From Candidatus Bathyarchaeota archaeon (GTDB lineage Archaea > Thermoproteota > Bathyarchaeia > Bathyarchaeales > Bathycorpusculaceae), in the NCBI GenBank assembly GCA_963826715.1, contig CAWGYA010000008.1, forward strand, positions 288,001 to 352,000: a stretch of DNA of 64,000 bases, in the 5' to 3' direction. The position numbers and the translations under genes are program-made. Positions 40,956 through 50,140 of this stretch are shown piece by piece. The notes below the pieces were generated by a model that saw only the letters and a list, made by a program, of their open reading frames with translations, did not search any database and was not told the origin of the DNA. The first letter of the stretch is position 1. Each line of letters opens with the position of its first letter.

Positions 40956-42104
40956 TTGGTTCCACTAATTTCAAGCCGATCCAAAACTGTTAAAGGAGCG
41001 TTAGTTTTAGACAGGTCTACTTCAAAGTCTTCCGTCGACGATCTTGATCCTCTGAGCTTTATTTTTCAATACAATCCTGAGATACTCACTCACACGTTTT
41101 TCTCTTCAGACTGCGAAGAAGTAGCAAGGCAGGAAAAGGGGCAGAGAGCTAAAGGCAAAATCGTTGAATCAATAAACTTGAACTTAGAACTCGATGCAAT
41201 CGATCCGCTTATACAACCAAATCTACACCAAGAAATTGATGAATATGGCCTTCATCCAAGCCTCGCCATTCTTGAATCAATCATGCTCTCTCAAAACGCC
41301 ACATCATCTATTGTTCTCTTTACGTGGGGTCCCAATCGGTCAATTCCTGTTTCAATAGAAAACATGAGAATTTTAGAGGAGGCTTTTGATATCAAGCTAA
41401 ACCCAATTCGGGCAAAGATTGAACTTGCTATGAGAGTACTTGATATCTCGGAATTTAGAAAAGGTTCAAAGGGTTACACCCTTTGTCTACTTCACTCAGA
41501 TCGAAGAAATTTCTTCATAAAAAAACGCGTCTACGGAAGTCCATTCAATATGTCATTTGCGACAAAAATTGTTCCTCAACACAGCTGGAAAGATTTAGTT
41601 ATACACGTTAATAAGAAAGAACAAATACGCAAAATATGCAATTACGCAAAAAATAACCCTAAAACTTCTGAAACTCGGGGCTTTGACAAACACTCTCAAC
41701 GAAAGGGTCTCAATATTCTGTTTTTAGGTCCATCTGAGTCTGGAAAAACTATGGTGGCTGAAGTCATCGCCAGTGAATTGAAACTTGATTTGTTCAAAAT
41801 TGATCTTTCGAGGGTTGTCAGTAAGTATATTGGGGAGACAGAGAAGAATCTGAATAGAATTTTTAAAGATTCAGAAGATTCTGATGCAGTTCTGTTTTTC
41901 GACGAAGCTGATGCTTTATTCGGGAAAAGTAGTGAAGCAAAAGATACTCATGACAGGTATGACAATATTGAAGTCAACTATTTGCTACATAAATTGGACG
42001 AACACCAAGGAATCGTTATTCTCGCCAGCCGGGGGAAAGTTGAGGAAGCATTCGTGAAACGGATGAATTTCATCGTAGAGTTTCCATCTCTAAACGGAAA
42101 TTAA
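40956..42104 (+). CDS. Fusion of CIS tube-initiator-like domain and Afp15-like AAA+ ATPase core
   Basis: N-term FQYNPE...LFTWG...EEAFD.KLNPIRAKIEL; C-term SWKDLV, GPSESGKT, IDLSRVVSKYIGETEKNL, LFFDEADALFGK, HDRY.NIEVNYLL. Confidence 0.82.
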   Translation: MVPLISSRSKTVKGALVLDRSTSKSSVDDLDPLSFIFQYNPEILTHTFFSSDCEEVARQEKGQRAKGKIVESINLNLELDAIDPLIQPNLHQEIDEYGLHPSLAILESIMLSQNATSSIVLFTWGPNRSIPVSIENMRILEEAFDIKLNPIRAKIELAMRVLDISEFRKGSKGYTLCLLHSDRRNFFIKKRVYGSPFNMSFATKIVPQHSWKDLVIHVNKKEQIRKICNYAKNNPKTSETRGFDKHSQRKGLNILFLGPSESGKTMVAEVIASELKLDLFKIDLSRVVSKYIGETEKNLNRIFKDSEDSDAVLFFDEADALFGKSSEAKDTHDRYDNIEVNYLLHKLDEHQGIVILASRGKVEEAFVKRMNFIVEFPSLNGN

Positions 42105-42185
42105 CCCTCGAGATAATTTTTCCTTAGCTAATGGGGAATTAGCCTTGCAAAATAGGACTGGGGTTTGTTGAAAAGCATGTTGAAG

Positions 42186-42259
42186 TGGACCGGGGGGGAT
42201 TTGAACCCCCGACCTCTTGAGTGCAAGTCAAGCGTTCATACCAGCTGAACTACCGGCCC
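42186..42259 (-). tRNA. tRNA-Ala(TGC)
   Basis: Cloverleaf GGGCCGG...CCGGTCC-A with G3:U70, anticodon arm CTTGA-CTTGCAC-TCAAG, T loop TTCAAAT; intronless, CCA not encoded. Confidence 0.96.
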
Positions 42260-42604
42260 GTGCTTGCCAATTGATGCATCTCTTTGATATTTAGGTTTTG
42301 CCACCAAAAATCTCAACACATGCAAAATTCAGGGGATAAACAAATAAAAAAAGAAAATTAGTCGTTAAGGTTTGTTGGTTTAGTTCGGTTTTTTGGGTGT
42401 CACGGAAGCGCTTCTCTCATCGTATTTGCCTCAGAAAACTTTCTATTGGGATCAAGTTTGAATGGAGCCGCCTTCTATATCATTGAATAGAAAACTTGTA
42501 CGAAATTTTTTGCAGCCTTGCTGGAATAGGATTATTAATAGAACCCAAGGTTGATTTTAAAACGTTATATCCCAAAATGTATCCAATATGTTGGGAGACA
42601 AAAC

Positions 42605-43090
42605 TTGGATTTAAAAACTGTTAAAATCACACCACCACCAGAATGCAACATCATTTTGGGTATGGCACATTTTATAAAAACTGCTGAAGATCTATACGAG
42701 GCTTTGGTTAATGCGGTACCTAACATTAAATTTGGTGTGGGTTTCTGTGAAAGCAGCGGACCCTGCCTTGTACGCAATGAAGACAACGATAAGGAACTAC
42801 AGCTTCTCGCGGCCGAAAAAGCCTTTGAAATCAGCTGTGGACACAGCTTCATCATCTACCTCAAAAACGCGTACCCTCTAAACGTTCTCGACAAAATCAA
42901 AAAGGTGCCTGAAGTTTGCACTATCTACGCCGCAACAGCTAATCCGCTGGAAGTGCTGGTGGCAGAAACAGAGCAAGGCAGAGGCATAATCGGCGTAATA
43001 GACGGCTACAAAAGCAAAGGCATAGAGACAGAGAACGATAAAGTGGAGCGAAGAGGCTTTCTGCGAAAAATAGGCTACAAACTCGGCTGA
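42605..43090 (+). CDS. Adenosine-specific kinase family (DUF355) protein
   Basis: NIILGMAHFIKTAEDL, FCESSGPCLVR, GHSF, ATANP, GRGIIGVIDG, FLRKIGYK; TTG start after gggaga preferred over 42551. Confidence 0.88.
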   Translation: MDLKTVKITPPPECNIILGMAHFIKTAEDLYEALVNAVPNIKFGVGFCESSGPCLVRNEDNDKELQLLAAEKAFEISCGHSFIIYLKNAYPLNVLDKIKKVPEVCTIYAATANPLEVLVAETEQGRGIIGVIDGYKSKGIETENDKVERRGFLRKIGYKLG

Positions 43091-44061
43091 GCTGCTAATT
43101 GTTGGGCGATTATGCTTTCTAACAAGGACGGATCAATGTTTCCACCAGTAATCTCCAAAACAACTGTTTTTCCCTCAAATTCTTTACTATTTTCAAGCAG
43201 CATGGCAACACCAGCTACACCTGAGCCCTCCACTACTTGCCCTTCATATTTGCATAACAAATAGACAGCTCGTCTAATGGACTCTTCCGAAACTAACATG
43301 ACTCTGTCAACATACTGCTGAATAATAGGGAAGGTTATGGAGCCTGGCTCTATACCGCCAGATAGACCTTCAGCAATGGTTGTTGGTTCATGTCTGTGAG
43401 GGGGGATAATTCTGCCGGCTTTTATTGACTCATACATAATTGGTACAGCTCGAGACTGCACACCGATAACTTGTATTGAAGGCTTGAGTGATTTAGTGGC
43501 TATACTGATACCTGAGATCAACCCACCACCTCCAACAGGAACCACAACTACATCCGTGTCTGGTTGATCCTGAATAATTTCTAAACCCGCCGTTCCATGC
43601 CCCGCAACAATTAAAGGGTCATTGTAGGGAGAAATGTAGAGTCGTCCCTCTTCACGGGCTAACTGCTTAGCCTTCACCTCAGCCTCAGGATAAGTCTCAC
43701 CGAACAACAGAAGCTCCGCACCAAACCGCCTTATTCCTTCCACCTTAATTGTGGGCGTATTTGTTGGAACAACTATTTTTGTGGAAAAACCAAGCTTTTT
43801 TCCTCCAAAAGCTACGGCCTGCCCATGATTACCAGCAGAAGCCGTTACAACTCCACCGGCTTTTTCTTGGGGCGTTAAATTTTGAAGTTTGTTTATAACA
43901 CCCCTTATTTTAAAAGAATGTGTAACCTGCAGATTATCTAGTTTAAGATAGATCTCGGCGTGACAGAGGTCACTAAGAAAAATCGAACGCAAAAGAGGAG
44001 TATGTTTGGCATAATCGGATATTGCGACTTTTGCATTTTGAATGTCTCGAAGGTTCACCAT
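43075..44061 (-). CDS. ilvA: Threonine/serine ammonia-lyase (short form)
   Basis: HSFKIRG, ASAGNHGQ, PVGGGGLISG, TGGNID; no ACT domain; ATG 44061 after gggtga. Confidence 0.85.
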   Translation of the reverse strand: MVNLRDIQNAKVAISDYAKHTPLLRSIFLSDLCHAEIYLKLDNLQVTHSFKIRGVINKLQNLTPQEKAGGVVTASAGNHGQAVAFGGKKLGFSTKIVVPTNTPTIKVEGIRRFGAELLLFGETYPEAEVKAKQLAREEGRLYISPYNDPLIVAGHGTAGLEIIQDQPDTDVVVVPVGGGGLISGISIATKSLKPSIQVIGVQSRAVPIMYESIKAGRIIPPHRHEPTTIAEGLSGGIEPGSITFPIIQQYVDRVMLVSEESIRRAVYLLCKYEGQVVEGSGVAGVAMLLENSKEFEGKTVVLEITGGNIDPSLLESIIAQQLAAQPSL

Positions 44062-44165
44062 TAATTCTTCACCCAAAACTGTTGGCGTGTCTATTGTGAA
44101 TTAGTTACCATAAACTATTTTAGGTTACGCAAGATCAAACCTTAAAACAGGATTGTTGATATTTT

Positions 44166-45017
44166 ATGGCGTCATTAGAGAGAAACATGGCTCAACTTCA
44201 AGCTTATCGTGAACAACAAAACAAAGAAAGCCAAGAACTCAAAGAACGCATGGAAAAAATAAAACATAAAATCGCCGTTATAAGCGGCAAAGGCGGCGTA
44301 GGCAAAAGCACAGTAACTGTAAACCTCGCCACAGCATTCGCCATGAAAGGACATAAGGTCGGTATATTGGACGCCGACATCCACGGCCCAAGCGTACCAA
44401 GGCTTCTTGGTCTTGAGGGAAAACAGGTCAAAGCTACCCCCGCAGGAGCCTTCCCCGTTGAGGGACCACTAAACATGAAGGTTATGTCAATTGACTTCTT
44501 CTTAGCAGACCAAGCCCCTGCTATTTGGCGTGGACCGCTAAAGATGCGAGCTATTCGCCAATTTCTCGTTGACATCGTCTGGGGAGAACTTGATTTCTTA
44601 TTCATAGATTTGCCCCCAGGCACAGGCGATGAGCCTTTAAGTATCGCACAACTTCTGCCCGAACTTGACGGGGTCGTAATCGTTACTATGCCCTCACAGC
44701 TTTCAAGCAACATCGTAAAGAAAGCTATAACCTTTGCAGAAACTCTGCATATGCCCACCATAGGGGTTGTCGAAAATATGAGTGGCTTTATCTGCTCTCA
44801 CTGTGGCAAGAAAACCGAAATTTTCGGCTCAGGTGGAGGCGAAAAAATGTCAAAAGAAACTGGTGTAGCGTTCCTAGGCAGCATACCCATCGACCCCAAA
44901 GTCGGGGTTGACTCAGACATGGGAAAGCCATTTGTTCTCTCACAAAAGGATTCTGCTGCAACAAAAGCATTTATGGAAATTGTGGCAAAAGTCCAAAAAT
45001 ATATTCAGAACAAATAA
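44166..45017 (+). CDS. mrp: Mrp/NBP35 Fe-S cluster carrier ATPase
   Basis: SGKGGVGKST, DADIHGPS, IWRGP, DLPPGTGD, ENMSGFICSHC. Confidence 0.94.
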   Translation: MASLERNMAQLQAYREQQNKESQELKERMEKIKHKIAVISGKGGVGKSTVTVNLATAFAMKGHKVGILDADIHGPSVPRLLGLEGKQVKATPAGAFPVEGPLNMKVMSIDFFLADQAPAIWRGPLKMRAIRQFLVDIVWGELDFLFIDLPPGTGDEPLSIAQLLPELDGVVIVTMPSQLSSNIVKKAITFAETLHMPTIGVVENMSGFICSHCGKKTEIFGSGGGEKMSKETGVAFLGSIPIDPKVGVDSDMGKPFVLSQKDSAATKAFMEIVAKVQKYIQNK

Positions 45018-45070
45018 AAATTGAAAGGGTTTGAGAGCTAAACTCTCTACTTTATTTTTGGTCGTAATGG

Positions 45071-45361
45071 TTATGCTTTCGTTAGAGTAATCTCTATCGT
45101 GGAAACCATTCTAGACCTATTTTCGCCTTCTCTTGGCGGCATCTCTGCGGTTCCTATTGCGATTTTGGTGACTTTGAGGTCTTTAATGAAGCGGCTTCTG
45201 GTGATTTCAGCGACATCAACAGCTGTAGTGATTGCTTGACCTCTTGCTTTAAGGGTTATTTCTTTTTGGGACCCGGAAGAGAACGCGGTTATAATTGCGA
45301 GCACATAGCTCATGGGTGGTTTATTTCCAACAAATATTACGTCACTAGCTTTTTCAGACAT
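45071..45361 (-). CDS. albA: DNA/RNA-binding protein Alba
   Basis: IFVGNKPPMSYVLA, LKARGQAITTAVDVAE, VSTIEI. Confidence 0.96.
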   Translation of the reverse strand: MSEKASDVIFVGNKPPMSYVLAIITAFSSGSQKEITLKARGQAITTAVDVAEITRSRFIKDLKVTKIAIGTAEMPPREGENRSRMVSTIEITLTKA

Positions 45362-45711
45362 ATGTATTTCACATCTTTTTTTGTATTGTTTGTTTTGCGA
45401 TGTATTAACGTTCCGCTGTGTCCATTTTAGACCACGAAACGTTACTGTTTACTATGCAAACTTCCTTATAAAGAGGATTTCCGATTTCCAAAGCCTAAAA
45501 GCTGATTGTATGGATATTAGTTAATTTATCTATCGAAATAGCTACGTTTTAGTTGTTTTTGCTTCTCAGAATAAACTTGGTTGAAACAGCTCAATTGGCA
45601 ATCGATTGAAGTAAGTTGAAGTAACTTCGCAGTAATTTGGAGTTAAAGAAAAAACGGTATAGTTTTATATCTCATATATGAAGGGAAGAGTAAAAACTGG
45701 AGATCCATTTC

Positions 45712-46482
45712 ATGTCTGTGTCACCCAGCATTAAAGAAATCTTGGCCAGAAGAATAGCAGGAGAAATCACTCTATCAAGCAGACCAGGCACGGCTATGCG
45801 GAAATGGCGGGAACTCTTTGCGGTCTCCCAAATAAACCTCTCTCAAGCCATGGGATTATCCTCTTCTGTCGTCAGCGACTATGAAAGCGGCAGGCGAAAA
45901 AGCCCCGGAGCCAAATTCATCCGTCGATTCGTGTTGTCATTACTGCTGATTGATGAACAGAAAGGCAGCCGCTTCATCCGCGAATTTTCTAAACTTACCA
46001 GTTCACCTAGCATGGCAGTAGTGGATTTACGTGAATTCCCAATACCTGTACGTGCCGAATATTTATGCAAGGCAATCAGTGGCGAAGTGGTAGCTTGCAA
46101 AGACAAATACATCAAAGAAGTTAACGGCTACACAGTTATTGATAGTCGAAAAGCAGTTGAAGCTTACTCTGGACTTGAGTATGCACAGCTTTTCGGCGCC
46201 TCGACGGATCGAGTATTGGTTTTCACCAATGTTGACGTTGGAAGTCTTCCGATGATGATTGTACGAGTCAGCAATCTCAAACCTCGCATAGTAGTTTTCC
46301 ACAAAACACCACCTGATGAAGAAGCTATGCGTATAGCCGAATACGAACAGATACCGATCATCTACTCATCTGCACCTACCGTAGAGTATCTAGTTAAGGC
46401 ACTACGAAAACTCTACCGCATTGCATTACGGGTTAAGTTAGGTAGAAAACGGGTGCGTCCGCCACCACAAATTACTGCTTGA
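45712..46482 (+). CDS. Archaeal XRE-HTH transcriptional regulator (COG1709-like)
   Basis: IAGEITLS, RKWRELF, SVVSDYESGRRKSPG, GYTVIDS. Confidence 0.88.
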   Translation: MSVSPSIKEILARRIAGEITLSSRPGTAMRKWRELFAVSQINLSQAMGLSSSVVSDYESGRRKSPGAKFIRRFVLSLLLIDEQKGSRFIREFSKLTSSPSMAVVDLREFPIPVRAEYLCKAISGEVVACKDKYIKEVNGYTVIDSRKAVEAYSGLEYAQLFGASTDRVLVFTNVDVGSLPMMIVRVSNLKPRIVVFHKTPPDEEAMRIAEYEQIPIIYSSAPTVEYLVKALRKLYRIALRVKLGRKRVRPPPQITA

Positions 46483-46691
46483 GCTTTTTTCTTTTCGACA
46501 AAACTTCCACAAAACCATCATCTATGCACTTCACGCAAATAAGTTGATGCTGTTAAGCTCAACATGTCTTAAATTTAGAAAACAGGAGGAATCATCCAAA
46601 AATAGGACTTAATTCAAAAAACACTACTTTTTAAAAGCACAAATAAAGAGAAAAGATGTTAGAGGAGAAACTCGGTGAAATAGATAGTTAG

Positions 46692-46760
46692 CTATTTCTT
46701 TCCAGTTTTTTCTTCATGCTTCTTCTTTTTGGCTGCGTTCTTTTTGGCTAACGAAGGCAT
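46692..46760 (-). CDS. 22 aa Lys-rich micropeptide
   Basis: MPSLAKKNAAKKKKHEEKTGKK-stop; gtggggt upstream, pyrimidine tract downstream, in a 560 bp intergenic gap. Confidence 0.5.
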   Translation of the reverse strand: MPSLAKKNAAKKKKHEEKTGKK

Positions 46761-47045
46761 AATCTTAACCCCACTTCAATCCTTGATATGAATTACGCAG
46801 CATGCACCCTAAAAGCTTAACTCTTTAACAGTTCTATAAAACTGTAATAATTTGCTGTCCAATTATAATTTGATTTTTTTATTCTATTTCTCACTAAAAC
46901 CACGCACTAAGTGTAAAAATTTTTGCATAGTAAGAATAAAAAACTGGTTTAAAAAATAAACGGAACCTGCAGAGCTAATTGAGGTGCTGATACTTCAATT
47001 AAGCTAATATAATTGTTCCACAGTGCTAAAGCATGTTAGCGTACC

Positions 47046-47492
47046 GTGGAGAGAGTTAGATTGGATGAAATTTTAGAGATACTGGACAAAACTTCCAAGC
47101 GATTCAAGAAAACAGTTGAGCAAACCAAAGAAAACATCTGGAAACAAGCAGCCAAATATGAGCAGCTTCAGCAGTCACCTGAAGCCTCAGAGGATCAGAA
47201 AATAAAAGCTTTCATAAAAAAAACCTTTGAACTAGACCGATTAGAATGGCTGAATTCGCAATTAAGCCTGATATATTCTCTTCAGATTTTCGCCTTCAAA
47301 GTCAAGGTACTCGAGGTTTCTGTGGATAAAATTAATGATGAATTGATAAAGTCTGACGTACTAAAAAGTGGCGAAGAGTTGGAGGGCATCAAAAAGAACA
47401 TTGACGCTCTCAAAATCCTTATGGAAGCCCAGTACGAGTCAATGAAGGAAATTAACGAGTCACAAAACAAAAACTTGGGATATATTCATTAG
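47046..47492 (+). CDS. Hypothetical coiled-coil protein
   Basis: 148 aa, all-helical heptad pattern. Confidence 0.7.
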   Translation: MERVRLDEILEILDKTSKRFKKTVEQTKENIWKQAAKYEQLQQSPEASEDQKIKAFIKKTFELDRLEWLNSQLSLIYSLQIFAFKVKVLEVSVDKINDELIKSDVLKSGEELEGIKKNIDALKILMEAQYESMKEINESQNKNLGYIH

Positions 47493-47560
47493 AAATTAAG
47501 ATAATAAAAAAGGCAGCTTGGGCCATTCAACCTTAGGGTTGACCGCCTACAGCTTTTTAT

Positions 47561-48481
47561 TTAGAATAATTTTTCCCAGCTTGTAACTAGGTCTAGGACT
47601 TCTTGTCCAGCTTTTCCGCCGTAGCTCTTTAAGCGTTCCCGAGTGTCTTTCTCTGCAATTGCTTTCTTCTGGAATTCTTGCATCTGAGCTGCTTTGTCTG
47701 TGAGGTATAGGATGCCGTCAACACCTGCTCGCGCCATTCGAACGGACACGGTAAGGAGTTCACTTGCTGTGGGTGTTTCTCTTGGATCGTCTCCGGGACC
47801 GATAACATAGAGTGCAATGTTTAACTTGACGTCTTTAAAGAGTTTCTTGAAGTTACGGGTGAGCATTTCCCAATACCAGGGGGTAGCGTAGTTTTTGCTG
47901 AACATAACGACGAGAAATTCGTCGGTTAGTGGGTTGAGGTCATCAAAGTTAACGCCGAAGCGTTCATAGTTGGTGACTGGGTCTGGTAGGACACCAATGT
48001 AGAGTGGTTTCTTTGCTTTGTTGCGTACGCGATCGCTTGTTGCTGTCATGTAGTCTGTGACTTCTTTGCGTCTCCATTCATACCAGGATAAACCGCTTTT
48101 TGCGTGTAGATCTTTACAGCGTGGGCATATGCAGTGGTGGTGTTCAGCGAAGTGTATGCTATTTAGCCAGACACCCTGGCTTTTACGTGCGACATCTTCC
48201 ATGTAGTCTAGTTGTTCTGCTCTGTGTTCTGGTTGGGTTGCGCAGAGAACTTCCCATCGGACGTTGAAGTTGTCATTTGTTCTCCAAGCTGGACCAAGGT
48301 CTGATTGGCTGATCCAGTCTGGATGTAGGCGCGCCGTTACGTTGTCTCCGAAGATTGCAACGTTGCTGTGCATGTCAGCTTTGGGGGGCATTCGTCTGCC
48401 GACTTCAGGTTTTACCCGGAAAAGGTCAAAGTCGAAGCCTGGAACTTTCTTTGCTTCAAACATGTATGTGCCGAATTTCAT
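47561..48481 (-). CDS. Hypothetical protein, possible TIM-barrel (glycoside-hydrolase-like) with Cys/His cluster
   Basis: HPDW, LCAT, HFAEHHHCICPRC, W.EWRR, RFGVNF. Confidence 0.75.
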   Translation of the reverse strand: MKFGTYMFEAKKVPGFDFDLFRVKPEVGRRMPPKADMHSNVAIFGDNVTARLHPDWISQSDLGPAWRTNDNFNVRWEVLCATQPEHRAEQLDYMEDVARKSQGVWLNSIHFAEHHHCICPRCKDLHAKSGLSWYEWRRKEVTDYMTATSDRVRNKAKKPLYIGVLPDPVTNYERFGVNFDDLNPLTDEFLVVMFSKNYATPWYWEMLTRNFKKLFKDVKLNIALYVIGPGDDPRETPTASELLTVSVRMARAGVDGILYLTDKAAQMQEFQKKAIAEKDTRERLKSYGGKAGQEVLDLVTSWEKLF

Positions 48482-48730
48482 TTGCTTTTACCTTTTTAGA
48501 AACTCAAAACGCTCGGCGCTGTTATAAAGTTTTGCATAATAAGCCCAAGTTTGGTTGCAAAGTCTAAAAACGATGTTAAGTGATTACCCAAAATCAGTTA
48601 CCAAAGAACTTCCCATAAAGAATCAGGTTGGTTGTAAAACCGGATTTACAATACTGAAAAGTCAACTTGGCTTTTGATCAGAAAAAAAGATAAATTCCAT
48701 TTAATGGAAAGAATAGGGAAGATTTTAACC

Positions 48731-50140
48731 CTATTTTTTGTTGGTCAAGTATTCATGCATTGCTTTGGCTGCGCGTTTACCAGCGCCCATTGCGCTGATA
48801 ACAGTAGCCGCACCTGTAGCGACATCTCCGCCCGCATAAACCCCATCCAAACTTGTTTTGCCTACATCATTAACACAGATAGTACCGTGTCTTGGGTCGC
48901 TCTGTAAGCCTTCAGTTGTGCGTTGGATAATTGGATTGGGAGTTTGTCCGATAGCGATGATAACAGTATCGGTATCCATAACGAATTCGCTGCCAGGAAT
49001 CGTTTTAACTCCACGTCGACCCTTAGCATCCGGTTCAGTCAACTCCATAACGATACATTTCATGGCTTTAACCCAGCCTTTGTCGTCACCATAAAATTCC
49101 AAAGGAGACGCTAAGAACTTGCAGACCAAACCCTCTTCTTCAGCGTTCTCTATTTCCTCTTGACGAGCGGGCAATTCTTCACGTCCACGTCTATAAAGCA
49201 GACAAACATTAGCGCCTAGACGCATACTACTTCTTGCGCAATCCATAGCAACGTTGCCGCCGCCGATCACTACAACCTTTTTACCTATGCGAATGGGAGT
49301 GTCATATTCAGGAAATTTGAAGGCTTTCATCAGGTTGACACGTATAAGAAATTCGTTGGCACTATAGACACCACTAAAGTTCTCCCCTGGAACACCGGTA
49401 AATTGGGGTAGGCCTGCACCGCTGCCGATAAAAACCGCGTCATAACCATTTTTCATGAGTTCAGGGATAGTGTGAATTCTGCCTACCAAGTTTCCTAATC
49501 GTAAATCTACACCAAGATTCTGAACGTAGTTAACTTCGTTTTGCACGATAGCTTTGGGCAATCGGAATTCAGGAATACCATATGAGAGCACCCCACCGCC
49601 AACGTGGAGAGCTTCGAACATAGTGATTTCGTGCCCGAGCTTAACAAGATCTGCCGCAACGGTTAATCCTGCTGGTCCAGCACCGACAACAGCGACTTTT
49701 TTACCAGTCGGCTTTGCCTTTGGTGGGAGATGTGATCCATTTTTCAGTTCCCAATCCGCTAGAAACCGTTCTAGCCGTCCAATGCCCACTGGTTCGCCCA
49801 TTCGACCGATAACACATTTGGCTTGACACTGCACTTCCTGCGGGCATACACGTCCGCAGACAGCCGGTAATGCATTTTTACTTTTAATAACTTGAATGCC
49901 CTCAGCATAATTCTTGTCTTTGATACATTTGATGAATTGTGGAATTGGAACCTCTACGGGGCAGCCACTTCTACAAAGCGGGTTGGGACATTGCAAGCAA
50001 CGGTTAGCTTCTTCTAGCGCTTGCTCTTCCGTGTAGCCTAATGCAACTTCATCAAAATTTTTAGCCCTCACATGAGGCTCTTGCTTTGCCATTTCTACAG
50101 ATTTCTTACTCAATTTGGGTCTAGGCTTTGTTTCTACCAC
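48731..50140 (-). CDS. sudA: Nfn/Sud large subunit (GltD-like NADPH-dependent flavoprotein)
   Basis: RCLQC...CRSGCP, CGRVCPQEVQC, GAGPAGL, YGIPEFRLP, GGGNVAMD, AGGD; GTG 50140 after ggaggt preferred over 50173. Confidence 0.9.
   Translation of the reverse strand: MVETKPRPKLSKKSVEMAKQEPHVRAKNFDEVALGYTEEQALEEANRCLQCPNPLCRSGCPVEVPIPQFIKCIKDKNYAEGIQVIKSKNALPAVCGRVCPQEVQCQAKCVIGRMGEPVGIGRLERFLADWELKNGSHLPPKAKPTGKKVAVVGAGPAGLTVAADLVKLGHEITMFEALHVGGGVLSYGIPEFRLPKAIVQNEVNYVQNLGVDLRLGNLVGRIHTIPELMKNGYDAVFIGSGAGLPQFTGVPGENFSGVYSANEFLIRVNLMKAFKFPEYDTPIRIGKKVVVIGGGNVAMDCARSSMRLGANVCLLYRRGREELPARQEEIENAEEEGLVCKFLASPLEFYGDDKGWVKAMKCIVMELTEPDAKGRRGVKTIPGSEFVMDTDTVIIAIGQTPNPIIQRTTEGLQSDPRHGTICVNDVGKTSLDGVYAGGDVATGAATVISAMGAGKRAAKAMHEYLTNKK

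Larger units (their letters stand above)
38997..42208. mobile_element. tRNA-Ala-anchored islet carrying contractile tail genes; no integrase
   Basis: Bounded by tRNA 3' end and its direct repeat; phage-tail-like cargo. Confidence 0.7.

Noticed and set aside
39093-42104. Intact prophage or type VI secretion system
   Set aside because: No capsid, terminase, portal, integrase, baseplate or membrane complex genes; motifs are of the eCIS type
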